Shown here piece after piece: positions 26,415-40,533 of a stretch of DNA of 53,228 bases. The position numbers were made by a program, and so were the translations under genes. The notes under the pieces were generated by a model. That model was given only the letters and a program-made list of their open reading frames with translations. It ran no database searches and was not told where the DNA came from. The stretch's first letter is position 1; each line of letters opens with the position of its first letter. The stretch is from Raillietiella orientalis (Eukaryota), in contig JAYWIR010000028.1 in NCBI GenBank assembly GCA_036172245.1, positions 2,914,001 to 2,967,228 of the forward strand, read 5' to 3'.

Positions 26415-28357
26415 CACTGCTGCGGACATGACGGCGTGCTCCTCGCCCCGTCCGGCGAGAAGTCAGCTGGTAGGAGAGCGAATTGGGAAGCGGAATCGCT
26501 CCCGTTCGCCGCCACATCGCGCCCAGCTGAGTCCTGGGAGCCGAGGATCATCGCCTCGGTCTGCGTGCAGGAGCCGGAACCGCCTCCGGCAACAGGCTCG
26601 TGCTTTCGCACTTTAGCCCGGCGCGCTACCGGCTTACCCCGGGATGCGCGCTCCATTTGTTTGCACTCGGACTCCACCTCGGAGTCCGAGTGCCTGGCGC
26701 GAGACTGGCGGTTTGCCAGTCTCTTTTTGTTTCGACAGGTAGAGGCTTGCCCTGCCCGCGCGGGGATCGTTGCAGTCGCCAACGCAGCTTCCGGAGCTTT
26801 GGCTTCCGCAGCCGCTCTCTCGCGCGAAGCGACGGAGACAGAGCACGCAGCCGTAGTGCGTACCTGGGTACGCACCTTCTTCGGCGTGCTTCTCTTTTGC
26901 CTCGCACCTACTTTAAGGATGGGGAATATTGAAGGGTCAACCTTCTTCTTCCCCTTTGTGGGCGTCCTGGAGACTCGAGTCCAGCCCGCGTCGGGGACGC
27001 CCTCCTGGGAGGCCGACGCCTCCCTGAATTGTTTTGCCGGAGATGCCGGCTCACGTTTCGCGCTCGCGGCGGGAGACGGCTCCGTCCCCGTTACGCACTG
27101 CACCTGCTCCTTAGCCGATACGGGCGAAACGGCGGTCATTGCCGTCGTCCCGCGAGGCGCTATTGCAGCCTTCGCTGCTCGTGCCTTCGGCGTGGAAGAC
27201 GTGATCTCCACCGCCGTAGGAGGAGACTGCCGTTCAGAGGCAGCTCCTAGGGTACCCGCGCACGGTTTCCCGTGTGCTGCGCTGGACGCGCAAGCGGACG
27301 CGGACGGTTCAGCAGCCTTGATTGAGTGCGTGCCCGCACTCTTAGGCTCCTTCGAAGGGGGCGATTTGCCCCCAGGGCGACGTGGCATCCTTCCCGTTTG
27401 CGCGGTTGTGTGGGATGGTGGCTTTCCTGAAGCAACCGCGCCCTTTTTCGCGGGACCGCCACTCGAAGATGCCCCGCCCTTCGCGCCCGATTTCTCCCGT
27501 GGCACAACGGGGGATCTTTTCTGCGCGGACGGGGTAGATTGTTGGCGGCTTTTCGCCTGCCGCTTCCTCTTCAGCTCGGCGCACTCTTTGATGGAGTGGC
27601 CGAGCTGTTTACATTAGCGGCAGTTGCGTGAAGGGCACGTTTACGGACGGTGGCCCTCGGCACCGCAAATGCCGCAAGCCGGTCGCTGACCGGCAAATTT
27701 AAGGTGGACGATCGCATCGCCCACCTGCAAGTGCGGAGGCATTTGCCTCCTATCCGTCATTGTGACACGCGCCATGGCAAGTCCGCTGTGGAGAGATGCA
27801 ATCCTTTTCATCGGATTGTCTGCTCTCCACAGCGCGTGAACCGTGGCGAATGCACTTAGTGCAGCGACGAGCACGCTATCGGGCGTGTCCACCTTGACGG
27901 CGGATAATCGGACCACGAACGACTGGACCATGGCCGACGGGACGACCTCCTTCCCGCGGATATTTAGCGGGGTGCGGAGAAGGCGCTGGACTAGGGATGC
28001 CTCTTTGCAGTGCACCTCCCAGTGTCCGAGCGCGTTAACCGGCATGACGGCCAGGAGGTCGTCCTGTCGGACGCCGACGCGCAAAAGGTCGTCCCACAAA
28101 TTTTCTCCGACCCCGTCGGAGATCGCAGCACTCACCGGATAGCAGAGCGCAGGCTTGTAGCCCTGGGCTGCATATGCCTGCAGCTCCGCTTCGTCGGGCG
28201 GTGCTCCGTTGGCTGCCGCCGCCTTGACGACGGCGGCGAAGATTCTCGCCGGTGGCGAGACACAAGAATCAGAGGCGGACAGGACAACTGGAGTGGAGTC
28301 TCCACTGCCAGTAGCAGCCTCCACATCCATCTTTTGCTGCAGGAGCTCCGTGGACAT
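26414..28357 (-). pseudogene. ORF1 of E10 (RRM-like region and two knuckles), with two in-frame stops in the knuckles
   Basis: ORFs 27641-28390 and 26414-27505 are in one frame. The knuckles read CGICGAEGHRP*TC and CR*CKQLGHSIKEC. Confidence 0.88.
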
Positions 28358-29492
28358 CCCAGTGGACGCACTCGGGCACACCACACACAAGAAGACGGAA
28401 AGGAATCACGCTCGTGGAGCAACACAGAACACGTCCGTACTCCGTTGTCGTTTAGCGTATTCCCGACCGCTGCGAAAAAGAACTCGACGCTACCGACGAC
28501 AGCCCCTCTGTTGACTCTGTCAACAGCGAGGAGAGCGAGCCGGCGGCGTCGTCCGTCATCGACACCACCATCGATGAGGTAGCCTTCGCGCGAGCCGCGT
28601 AGGATCTGGCAGCCTCGTTGCAGCCAGAACCCTCCAAGGCTGGCAAGAAGGCCGTAAGGCGTCCGGCCTCCCCTCAGGAGTCCCCCTCTTTCGACTTCGA
28701 GGTGGAGGCCGGAAGCGCAGCCTCCGTTTCCACGGCACCCCGCAAGAAGTCTGGACGTAATTCCACAAAGCCGAGGAAGCTCGTCTTCCACGTCGAGGGG
28801 GAAGAGATGGCTTCCGCAAGTGAGGGTGCCATGAGCGTGGGAAACTCGCAGGACCCGTCGCCCGAGAGACTCCCACGCGCGGACACGGAGGGGATGGAAG
28901 GGGTGGAGGCCGAACAGGTGCCTCAGGTGCCTGATAAGGCCGAAACCCCCATGGACATCTCTCCCGCCTCGTAAGAGGCTGGCTGCCCCACACCTTAATC
29001 TTCCCAGCAGTAATGCCGAGAATCTCCTCCCGCCGTCGTCTGCGCATCGCCGTTTGGAACGTGAACGGCATGACAGACGCCGGAAGGAGACGAGACATGG
29101 CCGCCCTTCTGGAGTCCTAGGACCTTTCGCTGCTGCAGGAGATCCACGTGATCTCTGCAGAACAAGCGCAAGAGATGGAACCGATCTCCGGAGGGCGGCT
29201 ATGGTACAAGTGTGGGAGACCAAAAAGTTGCGGTGTCGCCTACCTGCTTCGTACAGCCGTCGAGACCGCTGCGCAAGGCGTGCGGCTGGACGATCACGGT
29301 CGTTTCGGCCAGCTGACTCTCAGGTGGTCCGACTCGATCGATCTGCTCGTCACGAACGTGTACGCACCGAGCGGCGCGGACCTGATGACCAGGAGGGCGA
29401 GGAAAGAGTTTTTCCTTGCCCTCTGGCTAGATTGGCTGACCGAGGAAGGCGTGCGGAATGCCCATCTGGTTGCAGGCGATTTCAACGTTCGC

Positions 29493-31860
29493 TGGCAGTT
29501 TCAAAGTTAGCTCCTGTTTGCACGCACCTGGATGCAGCTGCAAGAGCGCGTAGCGCAGCAAAGTCGATCCGTGACAAATGCCACTGCTAAAGGCACACGG
29601 TATCGACAGAAGCGGCAAGAGGGTACGCCGGGTGCCTTGGCGGTCGCAGTCGACCTCCACAAGGCGTTCGATTGCGTGAACCAAGCACTACTAGTGGAGC
29701 TCTTGGAACGCCTGGGTTTCCCGGCTCAACTAATCAAGTAGTTGCGCGCATGCTGGCGCCACGCGCTAACTTGCATTTGTTTTAGCGACTGCCACGTGTA
29801 CAGTATTCCCGTGCGCAGGTGCATCAGGCAGGGTGACAGTTGAAGCTCGTTGCTCTTCAGCATGTTCTTTGAGCTGCTGCTGAGAGCGTACAGGTTGACG
29901 CTTTAATACCTGCCTAGCTCTTGCCCGGGAACGCCTGCCGTGGCTGCCTATGCAGATGACCTGCTTCTTCTGCTCCCCATGTCCACCCCGGCGTCCACTG
30001 TCGAAGATTTCTTCGACCTGATTCGTCGGGGAGCGAGCGTGAGCGTGAACAGAGAGAAGAGCGTGGTCGTTCCTGTGGGTGCGTCGTGGGAGGGGCAGTC
30101 CGACTGGATCCGCCTAGGGATCCCCACGGGTGGGTACTTTGAGTACCTTGGCGTTCCGTTGGGCGTTGTCGGCGCAGCCGAAGCGTGGTCGGACTGCCTA
30201 CAGAAAGCAGAGTTGGCCGCCAGCCCGTTCATCAACGGCAAGTTCACCTTACAGGAACAAGCGGCTATTTGGAACACCTTCGTGGCTTCCCTCGTCCGAC
30301 CCCTCTTTTTTGTCTTGGACCCCCCCTATGCGGCCAAAGAACGGGCAAAACGCCTGCTAAGGAACGCTCTCTTAGGTCCGGCGCGAATCAGGATCCGCCT
30401 GAAAGACCTCACTGCTCCACGTCGTGATGCTGGGCTTGGCATCCTGACGATGGAGAGAATCGGACTGCAAGTGCAGTTCCGGATGCTCGCACTTTGGGCC
30501 GAGCTATGGACTTCCCCCCTGTGTGCGCCTGCGCGCATCCTCCTGAGGAGGTGTGCAGGCAGTGAAGGATTACTTTCTTTAGTGCCTGGCTTGCGTCACA
30601 GGAAACAGGGATTTGGCTATCCTTTGAGGAAAATCGGCACCCTATTGGAAGCCAGTACGTGGATTACCTGCCGCCCAATGAACCATAATGCTTGGAAGCA
30701 GGGATCCATTGATTCGTGAGCTGCATTCTTAGGAATGAGACGTGAAGATCTTCGTTCTCTGCGTCGATTACAGCCTTGGTCACTCCAAGATGTCATGCAG
30801 GACGAGGTGAAGCTTTCCTCCTTGGCCGCCACTCCCCTTGCCGAAGCAGTCTGGTCTCGAGGCTCGAGAGGACAGTAGCCAGCCAGCAAGGTGAAAGTTC
30901 TCCTGCACCATTGCAGAAAGTACAAAAGCAATTGACGAATGGACCACGAGCGAGCTTGCGGATTCCGCCACTCCTCGTGCTACACCAAAGGGGTTTCTTC
31001 GGTGGGGAGAAGCTCTTGGTGTTGCCCCCGAAGAACTTATAGTCCCTCCCTGGTGTTTGGACGGTTCGGTGTTTCCCCTTGCATGGAACCAAGACGTTTT
31101 GCTTTTCTTGCACTGGGAATTGAGCTACAGCGAGCGGCGCCACTGAGTTTCCGGTGGGGTGACTTCTCCCTACTGTGCCCGGTGCGGAGCGACGGAGTCG
31201 TTCCCGCACCTTGTTATGGACCTTGGTGCCCTCCAGGAACTGTGGAAGCGGCTAGCAGCAGCTCTCCCGTCACCAGGAGACACCGCTCGAGCAGTGCTGC
31301 GACGGTTCTTCCAGACACATGGACTTTCGATGGCTGCGACGATTTCCACTGTTGGTTGCATCCGCCCCATCGTCACGGTCCGAGACGTGTTGGAGAATAC
31401 TGGACAGCAATGTTGTGTCACCAGGAAGGCAGCTGACTTCATCTAATCGGCAGCTGAATGGCGACTCTTAAATGAAGACACAACGGAGGAGCTAACCGGT
31501 ATCCATCGCCGGATCAGCAACGGCTTAGAACGACGAAATCGGTGATCCGCCCTCATTTCATTTTTGATTGGTTTTTTTGTTCTGGCGTCCTTTTCCCTAT
31601 ACGCTCCGCAGTCCTTTTGGTGCTAAAACTTTTGAGTTTCCCGGTGAGTGCGGAGCAACATCAAAGTTCCCTGACCCACTCAACCAGTTTTAGGATTTTG
31701 TTTTTTTTTTTTTTCGACTTCTCTCAGTCGTCCATGTTTTTCCGTTTTCCTGGCCTGCGTGCCATTGGTGCATCTCCCCTGCATGTCTACATAGTCGTGG
31801 GCTGGAAACTGTTTCTAGCTCGTTTAAATAATTAAACGTCCCGGCGTGACCGGTTAAAAA
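29493..31860 (+). mobile_element. E11: 5'-truncated B-like LINE inserted sense into the endonuclease of E9 with a 14-bp TSD
   Basis: ATTTCAACGTTCGC occurs at 29479-29492 and 31861-31874. It has DLHKAFDCV, YADD and CARCGATESFPH, and ends ATTAAACGTCCCGGCGTGACCGGTTAAAAA. Confidence 0.92.
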
Positions 31861-32853
31861 ATTTCAACGTTCGCCTGAAACCAGATGGGCAGAATCCCGA
31901 GCGTAACCTGGTCAACGAGGTGTGCATGGCGGTGCACACCTGTAATTTGTTGGCCAGTGCACCGAAGATGGAAGACAGCATTGACCACGTGTTTCTTGAC
32001 GAGCACCTGTGCCCTCGCGTGGGCAGGCGCGGCAAGTTATTGTGCGAGCTGTCCGACCATCACCCGCTAGTCTACGAGATCCACTCGCGCGACAGGGAAT
32101 CCCTCGTCCGCGTGGCGTCTCCCAGGGGACTAGCTGAATCTCCCGGACGCGGCGGAACATCTCCGCACGTTCATGCGGAGCTTCAGGCTGCGGACACTCC
32201 AGGATTGGGACCGCTTCAAGCGGTTGGTCCAGAAGTTCTGCGACCAGTTCCCTCTGCACCGCCTACCCACGGGTTTTGGGACCGGGGTCCGTAACAAACG
32301 AGCCTACCTGCAGGCTCGTCGTTACGCCAGGACCCCCGACATTCGCAGATTGGCGGAATACAAAGCGGGAGCCGAGAGGCAAGCCTGGCAGTCCGGACTG
32401 GCCAGGTTGCTAGACGATCAGGGCCAGGTGCACTCGGTATCCGCCCAAATCCGCGGCCTGCTGCGGAGTTACTACTCCTCCCTGTATGCCAGGGCACCTA
32501 CGAAGAGGAACGTCTCACGACTTCTGCTTCCGGAAGGCGCTTTAGCGAACAAGGAGGACGACAGAAAGACCCGCGAAGAGCCTTTCAGAATGGACGAGAT
32601 CCTCTCGGCCATCGGAAAACTCTAAAGGCCCATGGCTCCAGGAGAGGACGGCCTGCACGCGGAGTTTTACCAAACTTTCGCGGCTGAGCTTACCCCATGG
32701 TACAGCAACTCACCTTGCTGATACGCGAGACAGGTGACGTGTCCGCCTCGTTTCGTTCAGCAAAGGTGCGGCTCCTCCCTAAGGGAGGAGATCTGAGGAG
32801 CATGAACAACTGGCGTCCCATCACAATAGTGAATGCGGACGTTAAGTTGCTAG

Positions 32854-35840
32854 TTGCCACCCGGTGACGCCAGGGCGTTTATTACAAATTTTCTATGATT
32901 CCTGGTACGAGGCCCTACTACGGCCAACTTAGCTGGACCTGTCGGGTCGCCGGTACGGAGACCGGCGCGACTCTCCTCAGCAGCGGAAAGGGATGGGAGA
33001 AAAAACAAAAAAAATAAAACATAAAGAAAAAAAAGATTTGGCAGGGTTGGGGAGGGATCACTGACCACTGGGAGGAGGGTCCATCCTTTGCAGGATGCCC
33101 TCGAGGTCCGTCCGTATGGTTCCCAGGTGAGGCCATCTGGTCGCAATCCGCAGGTAGCGGACTGCAAGTACGACGGCATCCCAGTCGTGGCTCGGTCTTC
33201 TGACGTCGCTCCAGCACGTCACAATCCTGCGTACGCAGCAAAGTGCAGCCAGGGCAGCGGCTGGACGCAGGGCATCCTGCACGAACACAAGGCGAAAAAC
33301 GTCTCTGTGCTGGCTGCTCTCTTGGATCCGTAGGGAGGCAGGAAGACGTTCCCACAGGGTTCGGAGGGCAGCACAATCAACAAGGAGGTGGGGGAGGGTT
33401 TCCTGTTCCCTACATATGATGCAGGTAGGATCTACTTGACCCCTGGTCCAGTGGTGGCGGCGTGCGTTGCAGGGTAGACCCCAATGCAACAACAGAAGCG
33501 CCGACTCCTGCCACTTCAGGGGGAGGATCCTAGAGCCAATTAATACTGGGGCCACTTCATATCATCCGGCTGGACGCCAAGGAGCTCGCCCCATCTCTGA
33601 AGTCTTCTCGGCTGGACACTAGCGGTAGTGGCGTTTGCCAGTTCTTCCGTGGACCAGCCGCTTATCAACTTCTCCTTGCCTGCGATGTGGCAGGAGACTT
33701 GCCACCTAGGCTTGCGGCTGCTGGAGAGCGCCCTACTCAGGAAAAGCATCGCCGTGGCTTGAGGGGTTGTCTCTGCCCACGTGCTTCTCGCGGGACACTG
33801 GAGTATCTTCCGCAGAGTGCAGCGGGAATAGGCGCCGTGTCGTAGGCAGTTCCACATCTCTCCGTTCTTCTGGTTTATCTTCACCCACGTGCCAGCTGTC
33901 TCCTCCAGCCATGCGGAGGAGTTGGGAGGGTTGCATACCATCCAGCCGTTTTCCTTAGCCAGAGTTGCCATGCGTCCTAGGAGAAGTCCGCATCTCTTAA
34001 TCTTCCTGCCACGGCACAGAAGTCAAGACGCGAGACCCTCCGTCCCGGATACACGGCTGGAAAGAAGTCGGGCCGGAACGCATCAAGGGGTGTTTCATAA
34101 CTTCGCTGCGATGGCGAGAGTTCGCCACCACAGCTGAATCTCTGGTCGCTCCATCGTCAAGAGGCCGAAACCGCCATCCCGACGTGGAGCACACATGTCC
34201 TTCAACGGGAATCGGGGCCTCCCTCTTTCCCTAACGGCAATTCTCAGGAGTTCCTTCGTCTGTATCTTCAACTCTCTGGATACGGAACAAACAAAAAGCA
34301 GGGGGCGGAGGATAGGAGTTGCGAACGCGTTCCACACCGCGGCCCGTTCCGGAAGGAGAAAGTTGTCTTGAAGGAACGGGCCGATCGGCGTTTTCACTTT
34401 TTGGAGGCAGCCGGACCACGCTTCCGTAGGGGAGTAGTCGCCCAACGGCACACCAAGGTACTTCAAGCACCTCGCCGTGGGGATCCCCAAGCGGACCCAG
34501 TCCTGCTGCCCAGCCCACGCCGCACCGACTGCAACCAACGTCGACTCCGCCCTGTTCACCGTAAGTCCGGTCCCGCGGCTAAGCAGATCGAAGAAATCCC
34601 CGACCGTTTTCGCCGGGGTGGACATCGGCAACAGAAGCAAAAGATCGTCGGCGTACGCTGCTACGGCGGGCGTGCCGGGGCACGAGCTCGGCAAGGGGGC
34701 CAAAGTCACCCTGTACGCTCTCATCACCAACTCAAAGTAGGTGCTGAAGTGCAGGGGACTGAGGCTGTCGCCCTGCCGTATGCCCCGCCGTACCGGCACG
34801 CCTTACGCCAGTTGACCTCTGAAAGAGATATTGATCAGCGCGCTGCGCCAGCAGGAGCGCAGTTAGCTCAGTAAGGAGGGAGGAAAGCCCATGCGTCCCA
34901 GGAGCTCAAGCAGGAGAACCTGTTTAACGCAGTCAAACGCTTTATGCAGATCGACTGCGATCGCTAGGGCTCTCTTCCCCCCCTGGGAGTCCTGTCCCTG
35001 CTTTGCTAACGCCCCCAAAGCGGGGCTGCCATTCGCTCCGTCTTTCATTTCTTGACTACACTGCACATGAAACCATGTGCTCGCGAAGAAGAGGTTGGCC
35101 TCCATACTTTGCCCGGGAACAGCGTAAGTCTGCTCCGGGCTAATTATGGAATTGGCCACCTGCCCCAGACGCGAAGCTCACAGTCCGGCGATCAGCTGGG
35201 CGTCCGTATTCACAATTGTGATCGGACGCCAGTTGTTGAGTTTCGTGAGTTCTCCTCCTTTCGGAAGGAGCCTCAATCTGGCTGACCGAAACGAGGCGGG
35301 TACATCGCCTTCATCTCGGATCGGCCTTGTCAATTCAAGCACCAAAGGTGCCAACTCTGCCGCGAAGCATTGAAAAAACTCCGCGGGCAGGCCGTCGTTC
35401 CCTAGTGCTTTCCGCCTCTTGAGCCTTTTGATACCGACGAGAATTTCGCCGGTGGTAAAAGGCTCGTCGAGGCTTTCCTTCTCCTTCTCCCCTATTGCCG
35501 GTGCACCGTCCGCAAGCAAGCGCCGAGAGGCATCTTGGTCCGGGAGCGCCCTGGCGTGAAGGGAGGAATAATAACGCCACACGAGATGCCGTATTTTAGC
35601 CGGAACCGAGTGCTCTCAGCTCTGGTCGTCCAGCAAGCTGGCCGACCCGGATTGCCAGCCTTGACGTTCGGCCCCGGCTCGGTACTCTGCCAGGCGACGG
35701 ACATTGGGAGGGGGGGTCCTCGCGTAACGACGGGCATACAAGTACGCTCGTTCTTTAAGGATCCCCTCTTCAAATCCCCGGGGCATGAGGTGCAAGGGGA
35801 ACTCCTCGCAAAACTCGCTGACGGAGGCCTTAAAAAGGTA
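32854..35840 (-). mobile_element. E12: subfamily C LINE 3' part (linker, RT, Cys domain, 3'UTR)
   Basis: ORFs 35178-35582, 34863-35159, 34095-34799 (YADD) and 33058-33555. The element ends AATAAACGCCCTGGCGTCACCGGGTGGCAA. Confidence 0.9.
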
Positions 35841-37744
35841 AAATCAGCGAGATTGTGGGGAGTCGAGCGGATGTGTCTTTTCGCTGCTCCTGAGTTTCGA
35901 TTTCCAGTGGTGTTTTGTGTGGTGTGGGTGGAGGATTAGGCAGCAATGCCTGATTCCACCACCTGTGAGATTCCGGGGGCGATGACCTTATTGTCTCCGG
36001 AGGAGATGGAAGTGGGGCTCTTGCCCCCACTTATGCGCCCCCGGCCCTACCCTCGGCTTGGAACGCCGTGGCTGCCGCGCCCACGCCGGCGGCTGTGGCG
36101 GATATGCGGGCCTACCTGGAGGAGAGGTACAACCCACCCCTCCTATACAAGCTAGGCGGATTATATTCTCCCGAGAACGCGCGCGCCTTCTCGCCGGCGA
36201 TGCGCGCTCTCGACGTAAAAAAGGAGGAGCTTCTGGCAATGTCCGTCAGAAGCGGGGTCAATTTGTAGGAGTTATCTGCAAGGAGTCAACTCTTGCGCAG
36301 AGACTTTTGCGAACCCCCGTAATTATGGCAGCCAGAGGCTTCTTCCAATAACGGAAAACAGGTCGGTGATCATTCACTTGACCGAGATTACGTTCCGGAT
36401 GACCAAGGAGGCCGTCCGGAACGAAATAAATAAATTTGCGACCGTCCACGCGCTGTGGGGGAAGCCAAACCCGTTTGCGGATTAAAACGGGTTGCTTGGC
36501 AGCCCGGGTGCAGCGCGAGTGACGGTTCGCGAAGAATGTGAGTTTCCCCACAAACTCACCGTCAACGGTGAATCCGTCGATGTGTGGTACGTGGGGAAAC
36601 CCAAGTTCTGCGACTGCTGCAGCAGCTTTGGACACCTCAAAATGAGGTGTTTGAGCGTGCAGTGCCAGCAATGCAAACAAGCCGGGCTGACCCGTCTGGT
36701 GTGCCCCCAAAACACAGTCCGCATCGTGTTCGCAAAAAACGCGAGAAAGCGCGCAGCTAAAAAAAGAAAGAAGCTGGCAGCTCGTGCTGCTCCTAAGGAG
36801 GTCACCTCCGCCACCAAGGTGAAGGCCAGCCCCGAGAACCCGGCGAAAAACGCCAAAAAGGTCGAACGCGAGGATCAAGAGCCAGGGTGGCAGAAGGTCG
36901 ACCCCAAGAAAAACTCTCCTAAGAAGGCAAAGAACGTGGCGAAACGGAGCGAAACCGCTCCGCGCTGCGAAAAAATTAAAAGCTGCTGCGTCGTCGTAGA
37001 GCGGATTCCCGCCATCGACGAATGCGGCGCTAAAGAACTCGCTGCTGCTCGCCTACTCAACCCTCCGTTGCCAAAGTCAACAAGGAGGGGAGCGAGGCGG
37101 CGGCGTCCGTCATCGCGCCCACGCTCGATGACGTCGAATTCGAGTGCGCGTGGAGCTGGCTGCCTCGTTGCAGCCGGCCGCCCTCAAGGCTGGCAAGAAG
37201 GCCGTCAAGCGTCCGGCTCCCCCTCAGGGGTCGGCTACTTCCGACCCCGAGGTGAAGGCCGGAAACACAGCATCCATCTCCGCGGCACCCTGCAAAAAGG
37301 CAGGACGAAAGTCCACAATGTATCGGAAGATCGTCTCCCCCGACGCAGGGGAAGAAATGGCTTCCGGTAGCGAGGGTGCCATGAACGTGGGAAACTCCCG
37401 GGACTCGTCGCCCGAGAGAATTCCACGCTCGGACAAGGAGGGGATGGAAAGGATGGAGGCCGAACAGGTACCCCAGGTGCCTGAAGAGGCCTTCGTCCTC
37501 GTTCCGATGGTCCTCGTACCGATGGACCTTTCCTACACCTGCCCCGCGGCAGGTGACGCGACGCCACTTTCCCAGTCATAATGCCGGGAATCGCCTCTCC
37601 CCGTCGCATGCGCATCGCCGTTTGGAACGTGAACGGCATGACAGACGCCGGAAGGAGACGAGACATGGCAGCCCTTCTGGAGTCCTACGACCTTGCGCTG
37701 CTGCAGGAGATCAACGTGATCTCTGCAGAACAAGCGCAAGAAAT
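35841..37744 (+). mobile_element. E13: A-like LINE 5' part (5'UTR, disrupted ORF1, first 55 codons of ORF2)
   Basis: GCGGATGTG near the start, WYVGKPKFC knuckle region, TAATG at 37579, then WNVNGM...LLQEI. Confidence 0.88.
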
Positions 37745-40530
37745 TTCTCATCCGGTCACGCCGGGGCGTTTATTCCATATAACATAACCAAAAAAAGCAA
37801 TTATACAAAATAAACCAGTTGGGAACCAAACTCTCAACCGACGACTGAACAAGAATGAAGAGAATATTGCTGGCACACAAGCCAGAGTAACAGTTTTGTA
37901 AACGGTGTGAGGGGGCGGGGAACACAAAGAAACCAAAATAAAATAAAAACAATGAATAAGGAGGACGGGATAAGGGTCTTTGGGATCGCTCTGGAAGACA
38001 CGGGGATAAAAGCATGGCCACCGGAAATTTTACCGAGCGAACGGGGAAGGGGTATGGGTAAGCGAGAGGTCGCAGGGGTCACCGGATTACACCGTTCTCA
38101 AAGATGTGTAAACCGGCAATGTATGCCGGTGATGTCCTCATTCACCTTGTCACGAAGATGAGACCACCTTGAAGCCTTCTCCATGAATTTAGCTGCAAGT
38201 AGGTGAGCCTCCCTTCGCTGCGCTGAAAACTCCAGAGCGTAGCGGACCTTCACGATGGCGCGAACGAAACACATGGTTGCGACAATCGCGCCAACCGAAA
38301 GTCCATTTCTGCTGAAGCAGCGATGCAGCACATGAATGGCAGTGCCTTTTTTTGGCATGATGGCCGAAGTGAGCCTTGGCCACAGTTCCCGGAGGTCACC
38401 GCAGTCCAGCAAAAGGCGCGGAAAAGGCTCGATCTCTGCCCACCTTAAACATTTTGGCAAAGCAGCTCCCCCGGAAACGACGCTTCGCTGCCTATTTCAG
38501 TGTAATGCGCAATGTAAAAAGAGCAGCACATCTTGTTTCCACTTAAGAGGGAACACGGAGCTGTCCAAACAAACGGGGGGAAACACTATCTCTTTGGGGG
38601 GCACACTTAATTTTTCGCTCCACTGAAGCAGTCTCTTCGCCCGAATCCGAGGTGTGGCGGCTTGCACCAGCTCCTTTGTCGTCCAGCTGCCGAGGAGCTT
38701 ACTGACTCCCGCGATTTTGCAGGAGAACTCCCATTCCGCCGGTAGGCAACCGTCGTTGCTTGCCGTGAGGGCAGACAGCGCTGCGGCGAGTGGTGTGGCG
38801 GCCAGACGATCTGACAACTTCCTGTCCTGCATGACTTCGTCCATTTGATGACTGAGGAGATGTCGCAGGCGTCGAAGATCTTCCGGGCGCGTTCCTTCGG
38901 AAGCTGCCCACGATGAAAAAGATTCCTGCCGCCATGCATTAATGTTCATGGGGCGGCAGCAGATCCAGCTTTGAGCTTCCAGCAGTAAGGACAGCTGCCT
39001 CAGCGGGAAGCCAAACCCTATTCTCGTGTGCCGAAAGTGGGGTAGCAACGAAAGCAGTGACTCGCTTCCCGTGCAGCGCCTCAGTAGAAGGCGTGCGGGT
39101 GAGCACCACGGCGTACACCACAGCTTGGCACAGAGCCGCAGCATGCGAAACTGCACCTGCAGTTCGATGCTGTTTAAGTCGAGGATGCCCAAGCCTGCAT
39201 CCTGACGCGGCGCCACCAAGTCTTTAAGTCTAACACGGGATCTTGCAGCGCCCCACAACGCTTTGCGTAGAAGGCGCTGCGCCCAGACTTTGACTTCCTG
39301 GGGGGGTGGACAAACAAAAAACAGGGGGCGGAGGAGGGGGGCAACGAAGGTGTTCCAGATGCAGGCCCGTACCGGGAAGACAAACTCGCCTCCTGAAAAC
39401 GGGCCAAGTGCACGCTCTGCCTTCCGAAGGCAGTCCGACCACGCTTCTGAGATGCAGAAGTCGCTCAACGGCACGCCAAGGTACCTGAGGTACCTGCCCG
39501 TGGGGATTCCCAGGTCGATCCAGTCGGACTGTCCCTCCCACGTCGCACCCACCGGAACAACCATACACTTACTCCTGTTAACGCTCACGCCCGCACCGCG
39601 ACGAACCAACTCAGAGAAGTCTTCGTGCGATGTCGCCGGGGTGAACATGGGCAACAGGAGAAGCAGGTCGTCGGCATAGGCTGCCACGGCCGGCGTACCT
39701 GGAAAGGAGCTCGGAAGGTTGGCTATCGTCAGCCTGTAAGCCTCCAGCACCAATTCAAAATAGATGCTGAAGAGCAGCGGGCTTAAGATATCGCCCTGCC
39801 TAATTCCTCGCCTAACCGGCACGCCGTACACGCGACAGCCACTGAAAACAATGGTTGTAATCGCGTGGCGAAAGCCGTAGCGCAAGTACGCCAACAGGGA
39901 TGCCGGAAGACCCAGACGTTCCAAAGTCTCAAGAAGAAGCTTTTGGTTCACGCAATCGAAAGCTCTGTGCAAATAGTCTGCTGCCGCCAAGGCTCCCGGT
40001 GTCTCCCTTTGCGTCCCGCGCCTCCGTCGGTGAGAGATCAAGGGCGTGCTACCGCACGACGATCCACCGCCACACGATGCTGCAATTGCAGCCATGTGCA
40101 TAGGAACAAGAGATTCGTGTCCATGGACCGCCCAGGAACAGCGTACGTCTGCTCCGGACTTACCAAGGATTCCGCGATCCTAGCTATCCGCGCCGCCCGA
40201 AGTTTCGAGAACAACTTGACGTGCGAATTCACTAATGTGATCGGACGCCAGTTGTTCAGTTGGCACAAATCTTCACCTTTCGGCAGTAGAAGCACCTTCG
40301 CTGAGCGAAACGAGGCGGGGACATCACCCGAGTCTCGCATCAGCGACGAGTGTAGGAGCACCAGGGGGATGAGCTCCGCCGCAAAACACTGGAAGAATTC
40401 CGCTGGGAGTCCATCTTCGCCTGGCGCTTTTCGTCTCTTGAGCCCCGAGATGGCCGAGGAAATATCCCCAGCCGTGACGGGCTCATCAAGACGCGCGCGT
40501 TCCTCCTCGTCTACAACAGGTGCATCAATC
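37745..40530 (-). mobile_element. E14: B-like LINE 3' part (RT, Cys domain, 3'UTR)
   Basis: KAPGEDG and WRPITL (ORF 40038-40613), YADD (ORF 38497-40101). The element ends AATAAACGCCCCGGCGTGACCGGATGAGAA. Confidence 0.9.
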
Positions 40531-40533
40531 GCA

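Larger units (their letters stand above)
22649..28442 (-). mobile_element. E10: near-full-length (5794 bp) subfamily B LINE inserted antisense into ORF1 of E9 with a 12-bp TSD
   Basis: CGTTGTCGTTTA occurs at 22637-22648 and 28443-28454. The 5' end is GAGTACGGACGTG and the 3' end is AATAAACGTCCCGGCGCAACCGGGTAA. Confidence 0.95.
21439..32853 (+). mobile_element. E9: subfamily A LINE from its 5' end to early RT, split by E10 and E11 (own sequence 21439-22648, 28455-29492, 31875-32853)
   Basis: The pieces rejoin across both TSDs: ECSVVV|*RIP and GDFNVR|LKPDG. TAATG is at 29011. The copy ends at NWRPITIVNADVKLL, where E12 begins. Confidence 0.9.
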
